From Octopus sinensis (Eukaryota), in assembly GCF_006345805.1 (NCBI RefSeq), contig NC_042998.1, positions 49,228,001 to 49,292,000 of the forward strand: a DNA stretch of 64,000 nt, read 5' to 3'. Position numbers and translations under genes: made by a program. Shown in pieces: positions 47,530-60,901 of this stretch; the stretch's first letter is position 1, and every line of letters begins with the position of its first letter. The notes under the pieces are model-generated. The model was not told where the DNA came from, did no database searches, and worked only from the letters and a program-made list of their open reading frames with translations.

Positions 47530-47730
47530 CTATGATATACACAAATTTATCATTATAAGTTTTACGGAGATGTACTTGCATAGCGAGAGACTTGATCTGA
47601 GATCGTGTGCTGGAATGAAAACAATTGCATCTATGATATACACAAATTTATCATTATAAGTTTTACGGAGATGTACTTGCATAGCGAGAGACTTGATCTG
47701 AGATCGTGTGCTGGAATGAAAACAATTGCA
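47530..47730. repeat. Perfect 101-bp-period tandem duplication (2 copies)
   Basis: CTATGATATACACAAATTTATC...GAAAACAATTGCA starts at both 47530 and 47631. Confidence 0.9.
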
Positions 47731-48013
47731 GCGTGGAAGGTGTTTATAAGCCATTTAAGAAACACACAAAAACCGTTAGATTCACTTCAACATTTAAATT
47801 TTATTTGTCAAAATATTTTCGTCGCTTTGAGACCGCAACCTGTTCAGTGACAAAACTTCATTTTGTCGTTTTGGAGCATGAAGTCAGTGAACAGGTCGCG
47901 GTCTCAAAGCGATGAAAATATTTTGACAAATTAAATTTAAATGTTGAAGTGAATCTAACGGCTTTTGTGTGTTTCTTAAATGGCTTATAAACACCTTCCA
48001 TACTGCAATTGTT
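47721..48013. repeat. Long palindrome, ~140-bp arms with a ~17-nt spacer
   Basis: AACAATTGCAGCGTGGAAGGTG...CCTGTTCAGTG versus CAGTGAACAGG...CACCTTCCATACTGCAATTGTT, with only a few mismatches. Confidence 0.9.
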
Positions 48014-50021
48014 ATCATTATAAGGAAAACATACAAAGAGAGCATCTATGATTTTGACTACACAGTAGCTGAAGGAGACATAATATCAAAACTACAATCC
48101 TTCAGCTGTTTGCTCTTCAATCTATCACCTTGGAAGTGTTTTACTGCAAGCATAGAAAAGTGGATGTTAAAATTATGATGATGATGATGATGATGAAGAT
48201 AATGTAAATTACAATTTCCACTCCCTTCTGGAAAATTATAGTGTAGAAAAACTCACAAGTCTCAGAAATTTGCATAGGGGTGGCTGTGTTGTAAGAAGCT
48301 TGCTTGTAATAAGAAGTAAGGCGGCAAGCTGGCAGAAATGCTAGCACACCGGGCTAAATGCTTAGCAATATTTCGTCTGCCACTACGTTCTGAGTTCAAA
48401 TTCCGCCGAGGTTGACTTTGCCTTTCATCCTTTCGGGGTCGATTAAATAAGTGTCAGTTACGCACTGGGGGCGATGTAATCGACTTAATCCGTTTGTCCA
48501 TTCTATGTTTAGCCCTTTGAGAGTAGTAAAGAAATAGGTATTTTGTCTGCCGCTACGTTCTGAGTTCAAATTCTGTCGAGATCGACTTTGCCTTTCATTC
48601 TTTCGGGGTCGATAAATAACTACCATTTACGCACTGGGGTCAATGTAATCGACTTAATCCCTTTGTCTGTCCCCTCTATGTTTGTGAGCAATAAAGAAAT
48701 ATAAGAAGCTTGCTTCCCAACCACATGGTTCCAGGTTCAGTCCCACAGCAAGGCACCTTGGTAAAGTGCCTTCTACTATATCCTCAAGCCAGCCAAAAGC
48801 CTTGTGAATGGATTTGGTAGATAGAAACTGAAAGAAGTTAAACATGTGTACCATCACCATCATTATTTGATGTCCGTTTTCCATGCTGCTATGGGTTGGA
48901 ATTGACAGGAGGTGGCCAGCTGAAAAGCTGCCTAGGTTCCTTATTTGTTTTTGGCATGGTTTCTACACCTGGAAGCCCTTTCTAGTGCCAACTACTTTAC
49001 AGACTGTATTAGGTGCTTTTAAGCAGCACTGGCACAGGTGTGTTTATGTGGTGCTGGTATGGCTGCATTTTATGTGGCACCAATACCCATGAGCCTGCAA
49101 GATTAGGAATGCAGGGCAGAAGCCTGTACGCAAGGACAACGCTTTCACTTAGCTTGGCATGCTTTCTCAAGCACAGCAAACCACCAAGAGTCTAGGTCCC
49201 CTGTCATCTCCAAATATATGTGTGAGGATGTTTGAACCCCACCACCACTTGACAACCGGTGTTGGTGTGTTTATGTCCCAATAACTTTAGCAATTCAGCA
49301 AAAGAAGCCAATAGAGTAAGTAAGTACAAGGCTTTAAAAACAAAAGTCCTAGAGTTGATTTGTTTGACTAAAACCTTTCAAGATGTTGCCCCAGCATGAT
49401 AAAAGATAGCGTAAATACTTCTCATTTAGTTAAGTATTTTACTTCCTTTGTGAGGATGAAATGCAGTGAGCTAGCCACTTCCAGTAATCCTTTTGATACC
49501 AACCCACTTGAGACTACCTAAGGTTCTATGATATAAATTTACAGTTTTAAAGTGGTCAAAAATTGAAACCTTCTCCTCAAAAATCCATGTCAATCTGTTT
49601 CAAACACCAGCTAAATAATACTCTCATCTTACTCTTTTACTCGTTTCAGTCATTTGACTGCGGCCATGCTGGAGCACCGCCTTTAATCGAGCATATCGAC
49701 CCCAGGACTACTGCTAAATTACGGGGATGTAAACACACCAGAATCGGGTTTCTTCAGTTTCCGTCTACCAAATCCACTCACAAGGCTTTGGTCAGCCCGA
49801 GGCTATAGTAGAAGACACTTGCTCAAGGTGCCATGCAGTGGGACTGAACCCGGAACCATTTGGTTGGTAAGCAAGCTACTTACCTCTCAGCCACTCCTGC
49901 CACTAAATTACTCATTATTTGAATCAAGCGAATTAAGAAATATGGTTGCAAAAATGCTAAATAATGAACCTATTTTGGACTGTATTGAAGCTGTTTATTT
50001 TCCAAACTTAGAGAAATTTAA

Positions 50022-50211
50022 CCCTTTAGCATTCAGATTTATTCTGTCAACCCATGCCAGCATGGAAAACAGAAATTAAATGATAATGATTGTTTTGTAT
50101 TAACCATACATTATCTTGTATTTTCAAGATTTCAGTGATGTGGATATTTTTACAATGACATTGTAGGGTAGGTGTAAGAGGCCAGATCTGGCTGGTTTAA
50201 ATGCTAAAGAG
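50022..50211. mobile_element. piggyBac-type MITE (same family as 5753-5969)
   Basis: TTAA|CCCTTTAGCATT ... AATGCTAAAGAG|TTAA. Confidence 0.65.
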
Positions 50212-51840
50212 TTAAGATTGAAATTTATTATTTTTTTTTATTGCAGCCTTTGCTTCTTCTGCTAACCTTTTTTTGAAAACAAAGTTAGAGATGACAGTTC
50301 AGTATAACAGATAAACTTATCACACAGAAAGTTCATAAAGCCATTGTTGCATACAAATAACACTGTTTGTCCAACAAGTAAGAAATGCATAATATAATTC
50401 ACAAATCTCTTGTTTATATATATATCTCCATGGTTCCGGGTTCAGTCCCACTGCATGGCACCTTGAGCAAGTGTCTTCTACTATAGCCTTGGGCTGACCA
50501 AAGCCTTGTGAGTGGATTTGGTAGACGGAAATTGAAGTAACTGGATGCTGGGGTGTTTACGTCCCTGTAATTTAGCAGTTTGGTGAAAAAGACCTATAGA
50601 ATAAGTACTAGGCTTCCAAAGAATAAGTCCTGGGGTCGATTTGCTCGATTAAAGGCGGATGGCTGCAGTCAAATTTGTTACATCATCATCATCGTTTAAC
50701 GTCCGCTTTCCATGCTAGCCTGATGGCTGCACCAGGCTCCAATCTTGATCTGGCAGAGTTTCTACAGCTGGATGCCCTTCTTAATGCCAACCACTCTGAG
50801 AGTGTAGTGGGTGCTCTTTACGTGCCACCGGCCTCACTCGAATCTTTTTACACATGCCAGTGAAGCGATGTTGGTAATGATCATGCTCGAATGGTGCCCT
50901 TTTACGTGCCACGGGTATGGAAGCCAGTTGGCTGCTTTGGCAACGATCACGCTCGGACGGTGCTCTTGGCACTCAACTACACAGGCATAAGTGCCAGTAA
51001 GGCAACGCTTGTAACGATCATACTCGAATAGCCTTAAAATAATTTTGGCGTTCTAACTCTCTGTAGGCAACATGTGAGGTTAACATGTTAACTCAAGAGG
51101 ACTGTGAACTTGATTTAACTCTCAGCTAGCTGGGTCTCATTAGTTTTAGTGCATTATCTAAAACCATGTATTATTTAAAAAAAATAAAAATCAATAAAAA
51201 TCCAGAATAAACCATATAAACTTCTAAATTTTCTATCTCATAATTTCACCAACATGCTCTCACCATATTCCTCTATCCCAACATTTTCTTTTCCCTTTTC
51301 TTCAATGTTAAAAGACTACTTTGATAAAAAGTCCAGCCTGAAACAATATAATCAACTTCCTTGAGCAAAGGAGCATATTTCATTTTGTAAACTTTCTTCA
51401 AGTGAAGTTTGCAGGCACAAACCAGTGCCTCTGAATTCTCTTGATATACCCAGGGTTGGCCATAAGTAAATCAAAATTCCATAAATACTATCTGTAATAC
51501 TGTACTGACTTGAATGTAGCAAAATGTTTTGTTCAAGAAGGACTTCAGTTTGAACAATTTTCATGTTTCATATTTAGATGCTTTTATTAAATTCATTCAG
51601 TTGTTAAACAAATAAATCTTGGAATTAAATGGTTTTGATTTACTATCAGGTGACTTTTGGCCAACCACTAACCTATATACATACATATATATATATATAT
51701 AATTTGAACTTTTGGTACAAGCCTATTAGTATGCCAATTAAAGCACATTCACCATTTGGGCTGCCTGATGTCATCCACAGTTATGGTATAATTTTCACAG
51801 GATCTATGTCAGGAATTCCACAGTGCTTATTTGGTTTATA

Positions 51841-52050
51841 ATTGATAAAAGAAATGGAAGATGGATTTGGTATGAATCTTCATTCAACGCAATGATCATT
51901 TCAACCCATCCTGCAGATGTTCCTTTCAGGTAAGATATTGAGCATCTAGTTGTACAACACAATATTCCACCTGTGAAGGACAGCAGCAGGATGGGTCGAC
52001 ATGACTGTTGAGTTGAATAAAGATTCATACCAAACCCATCTTCTATCAAT
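51841..52050. repeat. ~200-nt imperfect fold-back (arms ~85 bp, loop ~17 nt)
   Basis: GAAGATGGATTTGGTATGAATCTTCATTCAAC...CCCATCCTGC...TCAGGT..ATATTG pairs with CAATAT..ACCTG...GCAGGATGGG...GTTGAATAAAGATTCATACCAAACCCATCTTC. Confidence 0.85.
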
Positions 52051-52977
52051 TTTATATATCTTCAACGAAAAATAAGTTAATTACCAACCTGGTTTACTTA
52101 TTGAACATCACCAACAACACTTTCAAAAAGAATAGTTCTCATCTTAAATTGGTAACCATGTCAAACACATACAATTCTCTGCAAGAATTAAAAATACTTT
52201 CTCCCATATTTGTGTGAAAACCACTCAAAAGAAAAATACAATAGGAATTAGAGTATTATGACAAAAAAAAAAAATTAAAATAAACCATATTCAAAATACA
52301 TGTACTTTTTATTTACTTATAAATTTATTTTAATTGCATGTCCTAATTTGAAATATAATTACTCAGCTAAATTAAACATGAAAAGGTTATAGCCATGAAA
52401 AAAAAAAAAATGTATCGTAGGAAAAAAAAAGTAAAAAATATAAATTAATTATGAATACCACTCCAATTAATACAAATTAATTTTCAAGTTTTCTTATCAT
52501 AACCCCCCTCCCCAAACACTGCAATTTAAAATGCATTATTTTGATAGGCAACTGCATCGTGTTCAAGTTGCTAAGTTCAGAGTTCAGGCATTAAGAAGGC
52601 TTTAAATGTATTTTCAAGCCAATATCAACACATTAGATCAGCAGTAGAACAGAGCAAATGCTGTAGTGTATACATGTAACAGCATGTATGTAAGCATATG
52701 TGTATATATGCATTTTAACACACATTCAGAAATAACTATGAATAAATAAATAAATCTCAAGTAACAATGGTGTGAATCAAGGACTTTTTTTTTTCTTCTT
52801 TTTCCCTTTTTAATCTTTTTTTGAAAATTCTGCAGATGTGTTTGCATGAAGCGGAGAATGAACAGGAGTAAATATGAGTTTTATGGCACGAATTTTCAGA
52901 TCCTATCTACTACAAACATACAAACTTAGCACACATACACACATATATCTACATGCATGCAAATGTACATACACATT

Positions 52978-52981
52978 ATAT

Positions 52982-53045
<64 letters not shown>
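52978..53045. repeat. (AT)n microsatellite (others at ~11575, 18235, 22148, 22607, 24030, 32660, 53250)
   Basis: Directly visible; these often abut SINE ends. Confidence 0.95.
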
Positions 53046-53049
<4 letters not shown>

Positions 53050-53251
53050 CTTTATTGCCCACGAGGGGCTAAACACAGAGGGGACAAACAAGGACAGACA
53101 AAGGGATTAAGTCGATTACGTCGACCCAGTGCGTAACTGGTACTTTATTTATCGACCCCGAAAGGATGAAAGGCAAAGTCGACCTCGGCGGAATTTGAAC
53201 TCAGAACGTAATGACAGACGAAATACTGCTAAGCATTTCGCCCTGCGCGCT

Positions 53252-53306
<55 letters not shown>

Positions 53307-55526
53307 TACACACATAAGAACATACACATAAACACACACACTATCGTTGTTATTTAAATTCCAGTTTGTTCCTTTGTAAGAAACCATATCCTTCCTTGCA
53401 GGAAAAATTCTAATAAGAACAATGAATAGACATGCATATGCACATACATCCATGTACGCAGACACACACAGAGACCTTTTCTGTGATTTCAACTCTTGAA
53501 TTAGCATGTGAGATGGTTGAGTACTCCACAGATACATGTACCCTTAAGGTTATTCTCAGTTTGAGTCAGTGTAACACAGTGTGATAAGACTTGACCTTCG
53601 AATTACAAGTATGATAAATCCAACTGGCTTCTCTGAGCCCAGCTTCACTCAGGGCTTGTGTTAACATGAGATGAAGGTAAAGATACCTGCCCAAGATATC
53701 ACACAGTGGGATCAAACCAGTAACCTCACTGTTGTGAAACAAACTTCTTAATCACTTATACCTATATGGTTTTTACACACACACACACCAATCTTACTTC
53801 AAAACAGGTGAGCACTAGCAACAGGTACAGCATTGGGCCAAAGAAAAATTTACCTCAACAAGTTTTGTTTGGCCCATACAAGCATGGATAAGAGGACATT
53901 CAAATGATGGTACACATATACACACACACATGCATACATATATGTACACATACACACACAAACTCAGATTTAATTCCATGTAACTATACACATGGAAGTA
54001 AATATTTTGAGCAAATGGTTTTTTTTTTTATGATTACAGAAATTGTGATAGGGGAAAGTATAGTCAAAGCAAGTCATGTTGAGAACTAAATTCCTCGTAT
54101 CTCTTTTTACAATAGCAGTCTTTAGCCAAACTTGTGGAATCTTCACTTCAAGTGGCAGTTTTTGCATTTGTATAAGGATTATCTATAAGTCAAAAAGCAT
54201 CTCACCCATTCATCCAAATGCAGAATGAAATCTGAAGATTTACTATAAGGAAAAAAAAAAGAACAACATTTTTAACTGTAAGACTAAAAAGAAAAAAAAA
54301 CAAATTGAAGCCAAATAAAAAGAAAAGACTATTTTTATTTTATTTTAAACCAGTCCATATTGTCTTGCGTCATCATCGTCAATTCTGTTTGCTTTTAAAT
54401 GCTTTTTTTTTCATACATTTTTCATATTCTGGGAATTTTAATAGCATGATAAGCAGTTTTGTCTGAATTGTGTAACTTGATTTTTATTCTCAGTATTGCT
54501 TATTATAATAATCAATCATAAGAATCTGTTTTGGACAGAGCATGTGTTGTGCACAGGTAAATGTAAAACAAGATCGTTTGTTTTGGTTTGGCTTGGTACT
54601 TATTTTATGAAGCATCAATCAATCCCTTTTCTTCAGTTTTATATGACTGTCAAAGAAATTTCATTTTATATGCAACCTAATGAAATAGGAGATGAATTTT
54701 GAATGGCAATCTTTAAATAAAAAAAGCAAAACAAAAAGTCTTAAAATGATAGTTTTTATCATGAAGGTTAAAAAAAAAAATGTAAAAAATATTTCAAGGA
54801 AAATTATCTGTTATTCATTTTAAAAATAAAATTTAAATAATAAGAAATATTTTAAATACATTAGAAATCTTCCCCAGAGAGATAAAAAAAATCAATTCAT
54901 CTGAATAATTTTGTGGGATTGTGTAGCCGCCCATAGAATAAACACCAAACCTCTGAAGTCTCGTCTTTCTTAGTCACATAATTCATATTTCATTGGGGTG
55001 ATTAGAATTGGTTGTGCAGGTAACTTGGTAGTAACCTACTGAGTGGTAGACCACTTGTTTGTTATCTCACTAAAACCTGAGTGAGTGACAAGTAAGTCTT
55101 TGTAGATGTCAGGGCCTTGTGTATCAGGACATTGGACAAATTTACTGCTTATGCTGTGCCTGCTAGACAGCAGTAGTTATTGTTGTCTGATGTCTCGGTG
55201 TCATCACAGTCAATTTGCATTGTATGTTGTGTTTGAAGTGGTGGAAAGCGGTCCACAGTCATCAGTTAAGAATAGCTGATATTTTACGATGTCATTTTAA
55301 TTGCTCACTGTTATCTTGGAGGGGAACAGTAGTAGTCAAGTACTAGAGTCAATGTCATCAGTACAGTTATGTCTTTAATAGTCCTATTAAATTGGCAGTA
55401 AAGAGAATTTGCAGACCATGACAAGTCTGCCTCTAGCACAATAAAACAGCCCAAATAGAAAATATAGACCGTTATACTTATGAGCACTGCTTAAACTGGC
55501 ATTTGATACCAGTGTAGAAAACTGGT

Positions 55527-55717
55527 TCAGAATTGAAATCCATCCATTGGTACATCCTGACCAGCAATAAATTGGAATTGCTGAGCATTTTCATCAGTTG
55601 CAGGAACAATACCTTTATCCTCTTCTTCAGTGCCAAAGTAGCGTTCAATTATACCAAAAGCTTTTTGATAAATCTCTCGGTTTTCATGACTTTGCAGAAA
55701 TTCGATCTTGTCCAGAC
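55527..55717 (-). CDS. KPNA6: Importin alpha (KPNA1/5/6 clade), last coding exon
   Basis: tctctag acceptor; [29 protein letters not shown]...FQF*; phase 1 matches the upstream exon. Confidence 0.95.
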
Positions 55718-56738
55718 CTAGAGAAAATGAAAAAGTCAAATTGAAAACAAATTATGAATTATGAAGTTACATCTAACATATTCGGACAAGGTTGTAAACC
55801 AATGATACATGTATTTACACATATTGATTCTCAAGGCACATAAATTAACAAATGGCTACAATGTTTGCGCAATTTCTATCCAGATTCGTCATATTATCTT
55901 GCTCAGATTGTTTAATAAGTTTATATGCTTTTGAAGAGTATTACTGATGCACTTCAATTTTCTTTAGCATCTTTATAGGTTTTTTTCTCTCACTTTGTTT
56001 TTTTTCTTTCATTACAAAAGTTTTCATTCAACAACTCAATAACACTGAATAACACATTTTTTTCCTGTCTTTAGTCAGTGAGTGTTAGTTCCTGTTTGCT
56101 TCTATCTAGAAATCAAAGGAAATGATTACTATTCCCTTCAAACTTTGCTTTTGTGACCTGGACATCGATGTTTTCAAACTGACCTAATTTTCCATTACAT
56201 TTCAGACAGATTCAGTGTTGAGTTGCTGAAGCAGAAATATCATCATAACAAATGTTCTGCTCAATACCACAGATTTACTTGTCAGTTGCTTGACCATAAC
56301 CACTTGAGTATGTCTCACAGTGGCTAACAATATGTGCATCTCTGATCATGAGCAGTGGAGAAACATGGGGTTTGAATAAATGTAACAAAAGCAAAGTTTA
56401 AAGAAAATATTAGTCATTTTTCATACTTTCTAGGGGTAAGCAAATAGGAAACTGTTGCTACCCAAGGAAAAAAATCCTGTTACACAGTGTAATCACACTA
56501 AATAAATTTTCTTCTTCATTTCTCATTCTTAATAATTTCCTCTAACTTACTAGCTCTTAATTAATCTCTACATTTAAATTACACTTATGCTAATTCAACA
56601 TGCTGAGTTTGTTAAGTCTGAATGATTCAAGTTATTTGATAAAGCCATTTGTCTTATATAATTTCATCATCATAATCAATAGAACTAGAGTAAACACAAC
56701 AGAAAACTAAATAAATTGATGGAAAACAATCTACTAAC

Positions 56739-56914
56739 CATAACATTCTTCAATCATTATAGCGTAAGGATTTGTGTTGCCATGTAATTTAGCATCTTGT
56801 TCTCCAAGGCGTAAAATATTCTCTAGACCATTGAGAGCAACATGAACAATTTTGCTATCCATAACAGTCAACAAGTTACATAAAGGAAGAATGCATCCCT
56901 GTTCCACAAGAAAT
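56739..56914 (-). CDS. KPNA6: Importin alpha, 176-nt exon
   Basis: [39 protein letters not shown]...[11 protein letters not shown]; AG/GT boundaries; phase 2 in, phase 1 out. Confidence 0.95.
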
Positions 56915-58429
56915 CTATGAATAAAAAAAACAAAAGTGAAAAGTTTAAAATTTAAAAAAAGATTTATCACGACATTCAACAGCTGAAAAAAAAATTTAAA
57001 TGTAAAAATTATTTTTCTATTCTAAACATCATGTAAGAAATGTGTTTTACCTAGAGTAAGAGTTTTGCTCTTATATTAACTGAAGACATTGGAACTTGGT
57101 AATCATATCTGAACTATGTGTAGGAAATATAGGCCTTGTACGAAGACTTTTGGATATTATTAAGTCACATAAGAAGGTATAATGATAGAAACTATAGAAT
57201 GTATAAGGCAGCGAGCTAGCAGAAACGTTAGCACATCGGGCAAAATGCTTAGCGGTATTTCGTCTGCCATTACATTCTGAGTTCAAATTCAGCCGAGGTC
57301 GACTTTGCTTTCCATCCTTTCGGAGTCGATAAATTAAGTACTAGTTACGCACTGAAGTTGATGTAATCGACTTAATCCCTTTGTCTGTCTTTGTTTGTCC
57401 CCTCTATGTTTAGCCCCTTGTGGGCAATAAAGAAATAAGGAACTATAGAATGCCATGCTACATGTCTTACAGGTTTTCATTTTGTTCTGTGAGCAAAATT
57501 ACTGAGTTATGTTATATTTATTTTGTTTTAAATTCCACTAAACTCAACTCCTCTTTGTCGTTCCACTTTTTGGGGCGTCAAACAAAGGGCTAAAATCCAT
57601 ATAGGCTGGCTGTGTTTCAGCAAAGAGTAATTAAATAACTTTTTCTCAATGGGAGGACGAACTGTTAAAAGACTTTTGTCAAGTTCACTCAGTGCTCCCT
57701 ACCTGTCATGCATGCCACAGTTAGCACCTGATGAGCAGTGACTCTGACAAAATGCACAATGGAGACGAAAGACTAAGTTATGGTCTAATAACAATTTATA
57801 TAATGCAAGATAAGGATTTCTGTATAAGGTCTGGGTTTTTTTGTGTGCTATATTCTTTTGGCTGAAAGTGTATTTTGGCTCACAATTGTAAGGTCATGAA
57901 TTCGATCCCCAATGGTGCATTGTGTTCTTGAGCAAGACCCTTTATTTCCAGTTGTTCCAGTGCACTCAGTTGGCAAAACTGAGCTGTACCTGTAGTTCAA
58001 TATGCCAACCATGTCACATTTGGTGTGTCATGTTGAGTCTCCCTGAGTACTACATTAAGGGTATGTGTGTATATGGAGTGCTCAGCTACTCTTGCATATG
58101 GATTTCATGAGCAGGCTGTTCTGATGATTGTATCAACTGGGATGCTCATCAGCGTAACTGATAGAGTGCCCAGCCATATTTGTTTGGAATGAACTTTTCT
58201 GAGACCACCACATTTAGCTTGTTGATAATCTCTCACCACTGTTGTTTCTTTCGAACTGATTGTGGGTGCTATTATCATCTGGACCTTGATTTTTAAGTGA
58301 TTCAACCTGAAACCATGCAGTCAAGAGGCAAAACTATCACCCAACCACACCTATGCCTATTTAAGTTTTTTTTATAAACTAAAAAGTGAAATGAAAAAAA
58401 TGGTATTCTACAAAATATATTTAATTATA

Positions 58430-59644
58430 CCAAGCTGAGTAAAAAGTATGCAACGTTTTGAAACACGAAATTCATCACAATCTATTTTAACAATGCAGAA
58501 ATTTTATACAAAGTAAGTACCATTGCAATCAACACATTTTTGCCAATGAGTTACAAGTTTATTCCGGTAACATAAAAATGGGAGTTCTGGAGCTGAATGC
58601 CCTTTCAGCATCGGCTTTTTTTTGAACTCTTCTTCTCAAAGGAAACCATCAAGGTGCTTGAAAAAGTGGTAGTTAGTAGGAGAAAGGTCTGTGGAATAAG
58701 CTGGGTGGAGAAGAAGTTTGTAGCCAAGTGCCCTCAACTTCTGGAGCATCATTAGTGAAATGTGTGATCAAGCAGTCATATGAAGAAGGATTGGCCCTCT
58801 TCTGTTGGCCAGTCTGGGATGGAGGAGTAGCAGTTTTTCATTCATTTTGGCAATTTCATGGCAATATATTTCTGCAGTAATGGTTTTTCTGGGTTTTAAG
58901 ATGCTATAGTGGACGAGTTCTAGCAGGACACCACCAAACTGTCACCATAACCTTCTTTTTGAAGAGCTTGGGTTTAGGGAAGGTTTTCAGTGCTTCATTT
59001 TGATCCAACCACTGTGAAGAACGTTTTACATTACTGTACAGAATCCACTTTTCATCGCAAGTTACAATACAGTCGAGAAATGGATCAGTCTAGTTATGGA
59101 GAAGAAGCGACAAGCAAATTTCATACCTGTGCATTTTCTGATTGCACTTAAAAGGTTGCAGGTAGTTTTCTGGGTAACTTGAAGTTCTTTTGACAGTTCT
59201 CAAGTGGTTTTTACGTGGATCTTTCTCAATGATGGTCTTTAATTGACCGTCATCGATGACAGATGGACGTCCACTACACTCATGATCTTCAAGGCTCAGG
59301 TCTCCACTGTGAAATCATTTAAAGCGTTTTCGAGCTGACCACTCACTGGTCATTTCTTCACCAAATGTTTTCATTGATATTGCTGGCAGTTTCAGCTGCT
59401 TTACATCCTTTTTTGAAGTTGAATAACAAAATTGCTCAAATATCACGCTGATAGTTCCATTTCCGATGATTGTAACAATGGTGAAAAAATATCAATATTA
59501 ATTTATCGATGCATTTAGGCAAGTGCATGTCAGTATTATAAGACAATTGCAAAGAAAATGTTTAAAAAAAATTCGAAACCCTGCAAAAATCTGATACAAA
59601 TTCTTCAATGGTTCAAAATGTTGCTTACTTTTTACTCAACCTGA
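58430..59644 (-). mobile_element. Decayed mariner transposon in an importin-alpha intron
   Basis: TIRs C(C/T)A(A/G)G(C/T)TGAGTAAAAAGTA(T/A)GCAAC at both ends. Transposase remnants AAETASNI, SGRPSVIDD and YSTDLSPTNYHFFKHL. Confidence 0.8.
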
Positions 59645-59758
59645 TGCAATGTAATTTAAAACAAATTTTTTTTAGAAAGAATGATAGAAGAAACAGACAA
59701 TTTAAAGTAATTCAACCATTCTTATTGAAGTGATGTTTGATATTATATAAGATCATAC

Positions 59759-59886
59759 CGAATTTGTTCTGGAGAGCCTCCAGACGTAGCATTTGTTATG
59801 GCCCAAGCAGCCTCTTTTCTTGTTTTAAACTCTGCTTTACCAAGAATTTCAATTAAAACTGGAAATATGTTGGCATCAATCACAGC
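59759..59886 (-). CDS. KPNA6: Importin alpha, 128-nt exon
   Basis: [43 protein letters not shown]; ctag / GTATGA boundaries. Confidence 0.95.
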
Positions 59887-60775
59887 CTAGAAATAAAACA
59901 AATGAATTAGCTTTAGATTTTTTTCTATCAAAACTTCAGTTAAATTTTCTCAGAACTTGTAAAATTGTTAACTTATTAAAAGACAACAGTAGAAAATAAC
60001 ACTAAAGATAGTTATTAATTATTATTTCATCCTTTCGGGGTTGATGAAATAAGTACTAGTTGAAAACAGGAGTCGAAGTAATCCCCACCACTAAAATTTC
60101 AGGCCTTGTGCCCATAGCAGAAAGATTTATTATTATTATTAAAGTGGCAAATTGGCAGAATTGCCTTAATAATCCTTTCTACTGGAAGCACAAGACCTCA
60201 GATTTGGGGGTAAGAGATTAAGTTGATTACATTGACCCTAATGTGTAACTGGTACTTATTCAATCAACCCCAAAAGGATGAAAGGCAAAGTCAACTCCGG
60301 TGGAATTTGAACTCAGAACGTAGCGGCAGATGAAATACCGCTAATCATTTCACCAGCACATTAGACAAAATGTTTAGTAGTATTTCTTCAGGTTCATTAC
60401 ATTCTGAGTTGAAATGCCATGGAGATTGATTTTGCTTTCCATCTTTTCAGGGTTGATAAAATAATACCAGTTGAGCACAAGCGTCAATGTAATTGACTTG
60501 CCCCTCCCTTTAAAATTGCCAGTCTTATGTAAAAGTTAGAAAGAATTATTATTTAGGCAACGAACTGGCAGAATTGTTAATATTTGGTCAAAATGCTTAA
60601 TGGCATTTTGTCTGACATGTTTTTGAGTTTAAATTTTGCTAAGGTCAGCTTAAATTTGTATCCTTTCAGGATTGATAAAATAAGTATCAGTTGAATACTG
60701 GGATTGATGTATTCAACTAACCCACTTCCCTGAAATTGCTGGCCTTGTGCCAAAATTAGCAAGAATTATTATTAC

Positions 60776-60901
60776 CTGTATCTGCATTCGATTTCCTGCA
60801 GTAATATTAGATATTGTCCAACATGCTTCTTTCCGAACAGCTTCTTTAGAACTGCCCAACAGAAGTAACAATGATGGTAATGCAGAGCAGTTCAAAATAA
60901 C
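60776..60901 (-). CDS. KPNA6: Importin alpha, 126-nt exon
   Basis: [42 protein letters not shown] (ARM repeat with WxxxN). Closest to the alpha1 clade (KPNA1/5/6); the symbol is a clade label, not a one-to-one orthology call. Confidence 0.95.
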
